64,000 nucleotides of DNA, taken from NCBI GenBank assembly GCA_041662205.1, contig JBAZSZ010000001.1, forward strand, positions 81,973-145,972, given 5' to 3'. Positions 32,404 to 42,200 of this stretch are shown here, piece after piece. The number at the start of each line of letters is the position of its first letter. Positions within the stretch are counted from its first letter, which is position 1. This DNA is from Minisyncoccota bacterium. GTDB taxonomy: Bacteria > Patescibacteriota > Minisyncoccia > Phycocordibacterales > UBA9973. A model generated the notes under the pieces. It worked only from the letters and a program-made list of their open reading frames with translations. It did not search any database and had not been told where the DNA came from. A program made the translations under genes and the position numbers.

Positions 32404-34350
32404 ATGTACGCAACAAAAAGATCACATCATAATCCTATTCTTGTTCCATATCGAGATCATTACTGGGAATCTTTTGCGACCTTTAATATGAGTGTAATAA
32501 AAAAAGGTAATATTTTTTATGGCGCTTACCGTGCTATCGGAGCCGTTGATAAACTGCGTATACCAGAGCAGATTTCTATTATTGGTTTAGGTACCAGTAA
32601 GGACAAGACTCATTTTGAAAAGTGTACGCCATTTATTGAACCTATCGAAGAATGGGAAAAATACGGTTGTGAAGATCCTCGCATTACTTTTTTTGAAGGA
32701 AATTACTACACATTTTATACAGCACTTTCCAAATACCCATTTGAAGCCAGTGGAATCAAGGTAGCGGTAGCAATTTCGAAGGATCTTAAAAAAGTTGATG
32801 AGCGTCATTTGGTAACACCTTTTAATGCTAAAGCTATGACACTTTTTTCAAAACGTATAAATGGTAAAATTACTGTGATTGTGACAGTGAATACAGATAT
32901 GCCTCCGTCTAAAATTGCAGTTGCACAGTTGGAAAAAATAGAAGATTTATGGAATCAAAAATTTTGGGAAAAATGGTATGCGAATTTAGATAAAAATGTT
33001 CTTGATTTGAAAAGATTTTCGACTGACCATACTGAGGTTGGGACTGCGCCAATCAAAACTCCTTATGGATGGCTTTTTTTATATTCCCATATTCAAAATT
33101 ATTTTGGTGGAGGTGATCGTGTATTTGGTATTGAGGCGATACTTCTTGATCTAAATAATCCTTTTAAAATTGTCGGACGAACAAAAGGTCCTATCTTAGT
33201 TCCTAGAGAGCCATATGAACTTATGGGACATGTTCCTAATATAGTTTTTCCTTCTGGGGCAATTTTAGAAAAAGATACTCTTTTTATTTATTACGGAGCA
33301 ACTGACACTACTACTTGCATGGCACATGTGAATATAATAGATCTTGTGGGTACTATGCGTCCGACGACATCCGCTAAATGGCATTTTAAACGCTATGTAA
33401 AAAATCCTATTATTACCAGAAATGAAACACATCCATGGGAAGCAAAAGCCACATTTAATCCAGCTGCTTTACGGATAAAAAATACAATTCATATATTATA
33501 TCGGGCACTCTCAGATGATAATACTTCTTCTATAGGCTATGCTTCTTCTAAAGATGGTATTTCCATAGACGAAAGAGATCCTGACCCAATATATATTCCT
33601 AGAGAAAGTTTTGAATTAAAAAAAATAGCTGGAGGAAATTCTGGTTGTGAAGATCCACGATTAACAAAAATAGGTAAGACTATTTATATGTGTTACACGG
33701 CCTTTGATGGTATCGGTCCACCAAGAGTTGCCGTTACTTCTATAACAGAAAAAAACTTTTTAAAAAAAAATTGGCAATGGGAAAAGCCTATTTTAATCAC
33801 TCCGAAAGGTTTTGATGATAAAGACACCTGTATTTTTCCTGAAAAAACTAATGGGAAATATTTTGTTTTACACCGAGTGGGAAATGAAATATGTGGAGAT
33901 TATTTAAAATCACTTAATTTTAAAACTGAAACTATCCGAAAATGTATTAGGATTATAGGACCAAGAATAAACAAGTGGGATAATGCTAAAGTTGGAATTT
34001 CGGCGCCTCCCATCAAAACAAAATACGGATGGTTGCTCCTCTACCATGGTATTTCAAAAAATCACAATACTTATCGTATTGGAGCGGTCTTGCTTGATCT
34101 CAAAGATCCAGCCACGGTTCTTTCTCGTATTTCAGATCCTATTTTTGAACCAGAAGAACCTTATGAAAAAGTTGGCATTGTTAATAATGTTGTTTTTCCG
34201 TGTGGAATGGTAGAGAAAGATGGGACACTCTTTATATATTATGGAGGAGCGGATACTGTAGTGGGGGTAGCGACAATGGAAATTGATATTATACTTAAAG
34301 CCCTTACTCGAGACACCAAACTTACAGATAGAGGTGGAAAGAAAAAATAA
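32404..34350 (+). CDS. Tandem double GH130-domain protein
   Basis: GCEDPR occurs twice, as GCEDPRITFFEGNYYTFYTA and GCEDPRLTKIGKTIYMCYTA. FNPAALRIKNTIHILYRA is also present. Confidence 0.7.
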   Translation: MYATKRSHHNPILVPYRDHYWESFATFNMSVIKKGNIFYGAYRAIGAVDKLRIPEQISIIGLGTSKDKTHFEKCTPFIEPIEEWEKYGCEDPRITFFEGNYYTFYTALSKYPFEASGIKVAVAISKDLKKVDERHLVTPFNAKAMTLFSKRINGKITVIVTVNTDMPPSKIAVAQLEKIEDLWNQKFWEKWYANLDKNVLDLKRFSTDHTEVGTAPIKTPYGWLFLYSHIQNYFGGGDRVFGIEAILLDLNNPFKIVGRTKGPILVPREPYELMGHVPNIVFPSGAILEKDTLFIYYGATDTTTCMAHVNIIDLVGTMRPTTSAKWHFKRYVKNPIITRNETHPWEAKATFNPAALRIKNTIHILYRALSDDNTSSIGYASSKDGISIDERDPDPIYIPRESFELKKIAGGNSGCEDPRLTKIGKTIYMCYTAFDGIGPPRVAVTSITEKNFLKKNWQWEKPILITPKGFDDKDTCIFPEKTNGKYFVLHRVGNEICGDYLKSLNFKTETIRKCIRIIGPRINKWDNAKVGISAPPIKTKYGWLLLYHGISKNHNTYRIGAVLLDLKDPATVLSRISDPIFEPEEPYEKVGIVNNVVFPCGMVEKDGTLFIYYGGADTVVGVATMEIDIILKALTRDTKLTDRGGKKK

Positions 34351-34371
34351 AATATATCCCTTACAGGACTG

Positions 34372-34414
34372 CGATTTTTTAGCTTTTGCAAAGCTAAAAA
34401 ATCGAGAGTATAAT
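34372..34414 (+). promoter_or_regulatory. Perfect 15-bp inverted repeat with a -35-like TTGCAA in its loop, a 17-nt spacer and TATAAT 7 nt before the hpf ATG. This is a promoter/operator that could give a leaderless hpf mRNA.
   Basis: The sequence is cgattttttagcttt-tgc-aaagctaaaaaatcg, then agag, then TATAAT, then aaagat, then ATG. Confidence 0.4.
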
Positions 34415-34420
34415 AAAGAT

Positions 34421-34819
34421 ATGCAAATAAATTTACAAGGAAAGGGAATCGAATTAACAGAATCAATTAAAGATTATGTTCTCAAGAGGGTTACCAACCT
34501 AGAGAAATTACTTTCTAGGATTGAGGCAGAAAAAGGAGAAGCGATGGTAAATTTTGAAGTGGTAAAGACTACGAATCACCACAAGGCAGGGGAGATTTTT
34601 CATGCTAGCTGTATTCTTAGAGTAGATGGTAAAAAGTTTTATAGTGAAAGCAATAATGAGGATTTGTATGGCGCGATAGATGAAGTGAAAGAAACTCTTT
34701 TTAACGAAATTAGTAAAAGTAAAGATCGTGATCAAACTCTCTATAAACGTGGGGCAGCCAGCGTGAAAAAAATGCTCAAAGGTCTTTCTAAGAGAAATCC
34801 TTTTACTTCGAAATATTAG
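34421..34819 (+). CDS. hpf: Ribosome hibernation promoting factor (RaiA/HPF family)
   Basis: MQINLQGKGIELTESIKDYV...KLLSRI.... matches the YfiA/HPF N-terminus. The upstream part of ORF 34283.. is treated as noncoding. Confidence 0.8.
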   Translation: MQINLQGKGIELTESIKDYVLKRVTNLEKLLSRIEAEKGEAMVNFEVVKTTNHHKAGEIFHASCILRVDGKKFYSESNNEDLYGAIDEVKETLFNEISKSKDRDQTLYKRGAASVKKMLKGLSKRNPFTSKY

Positions 34820-34821
34820 TT

Positions 34822-35676
34822 TCAAGAAATTCTCAAGAAGTCCTCATATTTTATTTCTTTTTTGCCCTCAGGGAGAACTTTTTTGATAAATAATTTCCCT
34901 TTAGAGAAATTTACTTCGGTGATTTTTATTCTTTTTCCATTTTTTATAAAATATATTCCAGGCCAGCCATAGAGAGCGCAATATTTAGTATAAGTTTCTT
35001 TTGGTGAATCATTTAACAAATCTACTAAACCGTCTTCTTTCTTAATTTTTTCACAGTAAGTCGTTTTTGTTTCATCTTGAGGTTTTAGGGTGATTTTTCC
35101 TTTCATGTAATCTTCTATTGCTTGCACTAATAACTTTCCACCTTTACGGAAAAGTTTTTCCTCTAAAATTGGCAAAAGGGGAGGCCAATCTATGTCATTT
35201 ATCTCAACACTTTCCTGTGTGACAATAGGACCGTGATCCATTTTTTCATCCAAAACTATTATCGTTGTTCCTGTATTTCTTTCATTGTTTAGTATTGCTG
35301 ATCTCACTGGGGAAGGACCACGAAGTCGCGGGAGTAAGGAAGGATGGATGTTCAAGATTCCATGTTTAGGTATGCTTAGAATTTTTTTTGGTAACATCTT
35401 TCCATAAGCCGTTAAGATAAAAACATCATATTCTTCTTCTTGTAAAATTTTTATAAAAGATTCATCGATGATTTTTGGCTGGAGAACAGGTACGTCGTGA
35501 GCCGCCGCCCATTTTTTAACTGGGGGAGCTTCAAAATGATTTCCCCGTCCAACTTTTAAGTCTGGAGCTGTTACAACAAGAGAAGGGAAATAATGAGCTT
35601 CTGCTAGCTCTTCAAGCACATACACAGCCAGCTCTGGTGTTCCCAAAAATACGAATTTTAAATCTTTATTTTGCAT
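34822..35676 (-). CDS. fmt: Methionyl-tRNA formyltransferase
   Basis: FVFLGTPELAVYVLEEL and the HPSLLP motif are present. Confidence 0.85.
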   Translation of the reverse strand: MQNKDLKFVFLGTPELAVYVLEELAEAHYFPSLVVTAPDLKVGRGNHFEAPPVKKWAAAHDVPVLQPKIIDESFIKILQEEEYDVFILTAYGKMLPKKILSIPKHGILNIHPSLLPRLRGPSPVRSAILNNERNTGTTIIVLDEKMDHGPIVTQESVEINDIDWPPLLPILEEKLFRKGGKLLVQAIEDYMKGKITLKPQDETKTTYCEKIKKEDGLVDLLNDSPKETYTKYCALYGWPGIYFIKNGKRIKITEVNFSKGKLFIKKVLPEGKKEIKYEDFLRIS

Positions 35677-35723
35677 GAATTTATCTTATATTGCTTATCG
35701 GATTAATTATACATTATTTATAT

Positions 35724-35758
35724 AAAAAAATTACCCTGCTGATTTGTGGTCAGCAGGG
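35724..35758 (-). terminator. Intrinsic terminator on the minus strand between the small ORF/def and fmt
   Basis: The hairpin is ccctgctga-tttgtgg-tcagcaggg. TAATTTTTTT follows on the minus strand. Confidence 0.5.
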
Positions 35759-35771
35759 CGAGTGGGCTCTA

Positions 35772-36062
35772 TTAATCGAGTTCGTAGGCAACAACAATGT
35801 CTTTTCCGGCAATAACATCAGAAACAAAATGATGATTGCCGTAGCATCCTCGAAACACTGTTAGGAGTGTGTCATGGACTTTTTCCTGTGTTTCTTCCTC
35901 ACTGTCGTAAAGTATACCTCCGATAACAAATACTTTATTATCGGGACCTATTCCTAAGTCTTTCATAATAATTTCTTCAAGGGACTTTAGGGTAAGTGCT
36001 TTACACAGCTTCAAGATTTGATCAGCTCCCCATAAAATTTTCATACCTTCACCTCCCTTCAT
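35772..36062 (-). CDS. Hypothetical 96-aa protein between def and fmt
   Basis: The ORF is intact with no motif recognised. Confidence 0.35.
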   Translation of the reverse strand: MKGGEGMKILWGADQILKLCKALTLKSLEEIIMKDLGIGPDNKVFVIGGILYDSEEETQEKVHDTLLTVFRGCYGNHHFVSDVIAGKDIVVAYELD

Positions 36063-36160
36063 GCATAATTTTAGTTTTGTACAAAATTTTTATCTTTAAG
36101 CAAATTAACAGGAAAATAATAACCTGTCAACCTCAAATACCAAGGGGAAATCTTGGTATT

Positions 36161-36700
36161 TTACCTAGGTAATTCTTCTCTTATGTCCTTTGCATGATCG
36201 ATAAATAGAATACCGTTTAGGTGGTCTGTTTCGTGTTGGAAGATTTGGGCTAGGAGTCCTGAGGCTCCCCGAGTAAATTTCTTGCCTTTTTCATCATAGG
36301 CTGTAATGGTAGCCTTTTTAGATCTAAAAGTATTGCCATAGAGCCAGCGGACCGAGAGGCACCCTTCGGGTAGCCATTCTTTATCTCGAGAAAGTTTTGA
36401 AATTTTTGGATTGATAAAAATTAGGTCTTTAATTTTTACCTCCTCTTTTTGAGGGGGTATTTTTTCTTTAAGTTTTTCTTTCCCAAAATCTGCCCGAAAT
36501 ATTTTTCCAGATACAATAAAGATTCGCAAATTATATCCGATCTGAGGTGCTGCTATGGCGACACCATCATCTTGGCTACCAAGGGCAAGAGACATTTCTT
36601 TTAAAACTTTTTTTATTTTGGGAGTTGTAATTTCTTGTGTCGGTATTTCTTTTGCGTGCTCACGTAGAACTTTTTCTTTTATTTGAAGAATTTTCTTCAT
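36161..36700 (-). CDS. def: Peptide deformylase
   Basis: GVAIAAPQIG, EGCLSV and QHETDHLNG are present. Confidence 0.85.
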   Translation of the reverse strand: MKKILQIKEKVLREHAKEIPTQEITTPKIKKVLKEMSLALGSQDDGVAIAAPQIGYNLRIFIVSGKIFRADFGKEKLKEKIPPQKEEVKIKDLIFINPKISKLSRDKEWLPEGCLSVRWLYGNTFRSKKATITAYDEKGKKFTRGASGLLAQIFQHETDHLNGILFIDHAKDIREELPR

Positions 36701-36708
36701 TTCGTTTT

Positions 36709-38007
36709 TTATTTTAGTTCTTTTAAATATTCTAGAAGTTTAGCGAGCTTCACTGTTTCCTGTGATCTGTTGGACATATCTCGTACAATAACAGAATTAT
36801 CCAGAGCTTCTTTTAGTCCGAAAATTATAGCATGGGGGATAGAGAGCTTTTCAGCAATGGCTAATTGAGATCCCAAGCTATCTTTCGAGAGTGATTGGGC
36901 GATAGGAATACGCGCCTTACGTAGGATTTCGATTATATTTAGACTTTTTAGTTTTGCTTCAGGGCCTAATTGGATAAAATAAATTTTTGGTTTCTTTAAA
37001 ATACGAGGTGAAAGTTTTTTGTACCAAGGAGAAGCAACAATTCGATCTACTCCGATAGATATTCCAACAGCTGGCACATCGCGTTTGCTGCCTATCTGGC
37101 GAGCCAAGTAATCATAGCGTCCACCAGCGACCAATGTGAGGGGGGTGCCGTCTTCACTCCCTGTCTGTTCGATGATTTCAAAAACAGTACGAGTGTAATA
37201 AGATATTCCGCGTACTAAATTTTTATTTACATTGTAAGGTATGCCCATTTCTTCTAAATATTCTAATACTTCTTTGAAATGTTTTTTACAAGAAGCACAA
37301 AGAAAAGAAACTGAATCTGGAGCATTTTCATTTATTTCTTTTGTTTTTGGATCTTTTGAATCTAAAATCCGAAGCGGGTTTGTTTTTAAGCGTTCCCTAT
37401 CTATTGTTCCTAAATTGTTTATATGTTTTTTGTAATAATTTGTAAGTTCTTTTAAGTATGTATTTCTGCACTCTTTGTCACCAATTGAATTTATATCAAT
37501 TGATAAATTCGTTGCCCCTGCTTCTTCCAAGATACTCATTCCTACTTTTATGACTAAAGCATCCATAATACTTTTATCGTTACCAAGACAATCTAAATCA
37601 AATTGCCAAAACTGTCTGTACCGTCCTTTTTGAGGTTTATCATGTCTAAAGACTGGTCCATATTGATAAAACATTACAGGTTGAGGCATGGTTTGCATTC
37701 CATGTTCGATATAAGCGCGCATTAGGGGAGCGGTGTGTTCAGGTCGAAGCGCTAAATGATCTCCACCTTTGGTTTTGAGTGTGTACATTTCTTTGTCTAC
37801 GATATCTGTTCCGAGACCAATTGTTCTAGAAAAAATTTCTTCATTTTCCAAGATTGGAGTATCTATTGGCTTGAAACCATAATGCACTGCCACTTCCTGT
37901 GCTTTTTCAAAAAATCCTTGGAAAGAATAATATTCTTCATTCATTAAATCTCTCATCCCCTTAGAGGAGGACACTTCCATTGTTTTATTTTTATTTATTT
38001 TTTTCAT
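36709..38007 (-). CDS. hisS: Histidyl-tRNA synthetase
   Basis: Class II aaRS motifs and GGRYDYLARQIG are present. Confidence 0.85.
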   Translation of the reverse strand: MKKINKNKTMEVSSSKGMRDLMNEEYYSFQGFFEKAQEVAVHYGFKPIDTPILENEEIFSRTIGLGTDIVDKEMYTLKTKGGDHLALRPEHTAPLMRAYIEHGMQTMPQPVMFYQYGPVFRHDKPQKGRYRQFWQFDLDCLGNDKSIMDALVIKVGMSILEEAGATNLSIDINSIGDKECRNTYLKELTNYYKKHINNLGTIDRERLKTNPLRILDSKDPKTKEINENAPDSVSFLCASCKKHFKEVLEYLEEMGIPYNVNKNLVRGISYYTRTVFEIIEQTGSEDGTPLTLVAGGRYDYLARQIGSKRDVPAVGISIGVDRIVASPWYKKLSPRILKKPKIYFIQLGPEAKLKSLNIIEILRKARIPIAQSLSKDSLGSQLAIAEKLSIPHAIIFGLKEALDNSVIVRDMSNRSQETVKLAKLLEYLKELK

Positions 38008-38015
38008 TTTCAGTT

Positions 38016-38606
38016 TTATTCTGCTTGTTTATAATTCCCTGGTAGTAAGTCTATTTTATTTAGTGGCAATAATCGTAAAAATGCTTTTCCTGTAAATAGT
38101 TCTCTTTTTACTGGTCCCCAAGCTCTCGAATCAGAGCTTGCGCTTCTATTGTCACCCATCACAAAATATTCATCACTTTTTAACACTATATGCTCTTCGT
38201 TGTTGGAAATATTTTTTACGAAAGGCTGATCCAATTTGAAAGATTCTGGATGTTCGTTATTTGTGATAGTTACATCATTTCCTTTTATGTCTACTGTTTC
38301 ATTTGGCAAACCTATGACTCTCTTAATAAAAAATTTTGTGGTGTCACCAGGATATCGAAAAACTACTACGTCATCTCTTTTTGGATTACTTAATTCATAA
38401 GATATTTTATCTATTATTAAATAATCTCCGTTTGTAAATGTCGGAATCATAGAACCTCCTGAGACTATAAATGGCTCAGCGACAAAAGCCCTAATGGGAA
38501 CGACTATAATTAATGCAATAAAGGCAAAACGTAAAAGCTCCTTAAACGATTGCCATTTAGTTTTTTTCTCCTCAGTTTCTTTTTGATCCATTATTTGTTC
38601 TTTCAT
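38016..38606 (-). CDS. lepB: Signal peptidase I
   Basis: GGSMIPTF (Ser box) and VMGDNRSASSDSRAWG are present. Confidence 0.85.
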   Translation of the reverse strand: MKEQIMDQKETEEKKTKWQSFKELLRFAFIALIIVVPIRAFVAEPFIVSGGSMIPTFTNGDYLIIDKISYELSNPKRDDVVVFRYPGDTTKFFIKRVIGLPNETVDIKGNDVTITNNEHPESFKLDQPFVKNISNNEEHIVLKSDEYFVMGDNRSASSDSRAWGPVKRELFTGKAFLRLLPLNKIDLLPGNYKQAE

Positions 38607-38669
38607 TGTTATAATATAACATAAAAAATCCTTGACATGTTGGTAAAATTTGTTGGGTAATATGTTTTT

Positions 38670-38715
38670 CCCCTACACCAGGAGAAGGGGAATTCCCCTT
38701 CTCCTGGTGTAGGGG
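38670..38715. repeat. 46-bp GC-rich perfect palindrome: cccctacaccaggagaaggggaa|ttccccttctcctggtgtagggg
   Basis: It lies in the divergent lepB/pth intergenic region. Both arms are perfect and the centre is GGGGAATTCCCC. A second element of related type lies at 53310-53355. Confidence 0.85.
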
Positions 38716-38727
38716 ATATGATATTAT

Positions 38728-39261
38728 GTGTTTATGAAATTAGTTGTTGGTTTAGGAAATCCAGGCAAAGAATATGAAAATACTAGGCACAATACTGGGC
38801 GCATTTTGATTAATCTTATTGAGAAAAAATTAACAGACAGTAAGATAAAATTTCTTACACCAGATACTTTTATGAATAATTCTGGAAAAGCTGTCGTTTC
38901 TTTGATAAAAAGTAAAAAAGATTTAAAAGACTTAGTAGTAATTTATGATGATATTGATTTACCACTTGGGAAAATTAAAATTTCTTTTAACCGTTCTTCT
39001 GGTGGACATAATGGTCTCGAATCTGTTATTAAGAAATTAAAATCACAAGAATTTATAAGAATCAGAGTTGGTATTTCGGGATCGACTCCAAAGGGTGTAG
39101 TAAAAAAACCAAAAGGAGAGAAGGCTGTTTTAAATTTTCTACTTGGTGAATTTAAAAAGCCAGAACTGGAAATAATCAAAAAGCTTTCCAAAAAAGTCGC
39201 CGAAGCAGTAGAAATGATTTTCACCGAAAGCAAAGAAAAAGCGATGTCAATTTATAATTAA
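38728..39261 (+). CDS. pth: Peptidyl-tRNA hydrolase
   Basis: LVVGLGNPGKEYENTRHNTG is present. Confidence 0.85.
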   Translation: MFMKLVVGLGNPGKEYENTRHNTGRILINLIEKKLTDSKIKFLTPDTFMNNSGKAVVSLIKSKKDLKDLVVIYDDIDLPLGKIKISFNRSSGGHNGLESVIKKLKSQEFIRIRVGISGSTPKGVVKKPKGEKAVLNFLLGEFKKPELEIIKKLSKKVAEAVEMIFTESKEKAMSIYN

Positions 39262-42200
39262 ATTTCCTTCACTGCTTCGATGATGATGCTTTTTTCACCG
39301 TTTTTGTTTGAGACTTTTCCTGTAAGGGCGATACATTTTTCAGCAACAAGGATATCGATAGATTCTTTAAAGAGAGAAGGAAAAGCGACAGCTTCTATTG
39401 AATCTGTCAGGTCAGCAATTTTAAGAAAAGCCATACGTTCATTATTTTTTGTCACTACTTGTCTTGAGGCTTCTATAATGCCAGCAATTGTGATCTGCAT
39501 ACCGTTACCGAATTCTTCTTTTATTTTTTTTATATTTACAGTTCTTTTTTCGAGTTTTTCTCGTAAACGGTCAAGTGGATGCCCTGAAATATAAAGCCCT
39601 AATAATTCTTTTTCCCAAAGTAATTTTTCTGCTTGATTGGCGACTTTCCCAGTTTGTAATTTAAATTCTGGAGTTTTAATAGAAGCAACTCCGCCAAAAA
39701 GAGAAATTTGATTTTCATTTTGCTTAGAATTTTCATGGTTGTATTCCAGCATTCCTTCTAGATTAGCAAGAAGCATTCCACGATCTTCCCAATCATCCAT
39801 ACATCCAGATTTGATTAAGGCTTCCATTGATTTTTTATTTAAATTTTTATGTTTGATTCTATTTAAGAAGTCAGTAATTGATTTAAATTTTCCATTTTTT
39901 CTTTCTGCAATAATTGCATCAGAAATATCAGTTCCTAAATTTTTAATAGTATAAAATCCGAATCTGATTTTCTCACTTTTGTTTTCATTATTTATTTCAG
40001 TATTTTTTTCATGTGGCAGGCAGGTAAACCCCCCATAGCTTTCATTGATGTTTGGTGGAAGAATCGGAATATTCATTTTTTTACATTCTTCTATTATTTC
40101 TCCTATTTTTTCTACGTCACCGGATTCAGCAGTAAGGATGGAGGCCATATATTCGACAGGGTAATGCGCTTTCATATAAGCTGTTTGATAAGCGACTTTT
40201 CCATATGAAGCTGCGTGTGCTTTATTGAAACCATATGCCTGAAATGGTTCAAAAAGTCTCCATAATTTTTCGGCAAATTCTGGTGTTTGGCCGTTATCGA
40301 TTATGCCTTTGGTAAATTTCTCTCTCTGTTCTGCCATTTCTTTTGGAATTTTTTTACCGACAGCCTTACGAAACTTATCTACTTCTTCCCAGTTATAGCC
40401 AGCGAGTTCGATGGCCGAGAAAAGTAAATCATCTTGATAAACGATGAGCCCGTAGGACTCACTCAAAAATTTCTTCATTCTTGGATCTAAATATTTTACG
40501 AGTTGGGGATTATGTTTACGTTTTATGTATTCTGGAATTGATTCCATAGGTCCTGGACGATAAAGTGCGACCATTGCATTGATGTCATGGATAGAAGTAG
40601 GTTTTAATTCTTTAAGATATCTGGTCATACCGCTACCGTTTAATTGGAATAAACCTTCTGTTTGCCCCGACGCAAGGAGGGAAAAAGTTTTTTTATCATC
40701 AAGCGGGATACGATCTATATCTATATCTATGTTGTAGAATTTTTTTACTAAATTTATTGCATCAGAAAGAATGGCTAAATTGCGAATTCCTAGGAAATCG
40801 AATTTCAGTAATCCCGCATCTTCAGCACTATACATGTCATATTGGGTAATTATTTTTCCATTATCTCTCGCACCCTTCGGGTCAAATTGAGTCGGCATGT
40901 ATTCATAGATCGGATGCGGAGCAATGACTACTCCAGCAGCATGCACAGAAATGTGTCTAACACAGCCTTCTAATTTTTTTGCTAGATCTATTATTTCTTT
41001 TGTATCTTTTTCTTTTTCGTAGGCTTCTTTTAATTCTGGTACTATCTCCATCGCATGATCTATGGTCATGGGCATACCTTGGGAACCGAGCGGAATCATT
41101 TTTGAAATTCTATCCCCAATAGTGTAAGGGTGGGCGAGTGCTCGAGCGACATCTCGGATAGCTCCTTTGGCCATCATCGTACCAAAAGTTCCAATTTGAG
41201 CAACTTTATCTTCTCCATATTTTATTTTTACATACTCAATCATTTCATCGCGTCTGTTGTCGGCATAATCCATATCAATATCAGGAGGCGAAGGACGAAA
41301 TGGATTCAAGAATCTTTCAAAGGGAAGTTTGTATTCAATGGGGTTTATATTGGTAATGCCTAAAAGATAAGTGACCATAGAGCCTGCGACGGAACCTCGG
41401 ATAGCGCTCAAAATACCATTTTCTTTAGCGTAATTTAAGAGGTCACCAACCACTAGGAAATAAGGGGAGTAGCCTTTATCACGAATAACTTTTAATTCAT
41501 ACTCTACTCGTTCTTTAATTTCTGGAGTTTCTTTTAGATTTAATCTTTCAAAACCAAGGTAAGTGAGTTCCCGAAGTTTTTCGTCGGGAGTTTTTCCATC
41601 CTCAATTTTAAAATCGGGGAATACCCAACGTCCTAATTCTAATTCTACACTACACATTTCCGCTATTTTCATAGTATTGGTTACAGCTTCCGGCGTCTCT
41701 TTAAAAAGCTCTTTTGCTTGTTCAGTGTCTACAAAAAAATAATCATCTTCACCAAAAGAAAATTTATTTTCATCTTTTATATCAGAGTTTGTTTGAATGG
41801 CGAGCAAAGTTTCGTGCGCTTTGCGATCATCATTACAAGGGTAGTGTGAATCAATCGTCCCCACTAAGGGAATATTAAATTTTTTTCCAAGAGCAATAAT
41901 TTTTTTGTGAACTTCTTCATCGTTGGGGGACTTTGGATGTCTTTGAACTTCTAGAAAATAATTTTCTTTACCAAAAATTTCTTGGTACTCTTGTATTATT
42001 TTTTCCGCTTTCTCTTCGTCTTTATTTATTAGTGACTGAGCAAGTTCTCCACCGAGACATCCAGAAAGAGCAATTACCCCTTCAGAATACTGTCTCAGTA
42101 TTTCTTTATCCATTCGAGGCTTGTAATAATATCCTTCCAAATTTGAAATAGTCACGAGCCGCATCAAATTTTTATAACCTTGCAAGTTTTTTGCTAGAAG

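Noticed and set aside
34283-34420. N-terminal 46 codons of ORF 34283..34819
   Set aside because: The HPF homology begins at Met 34421. The upstream part covers the palindrome and promoter region and the GH130 gene's 3' flank.
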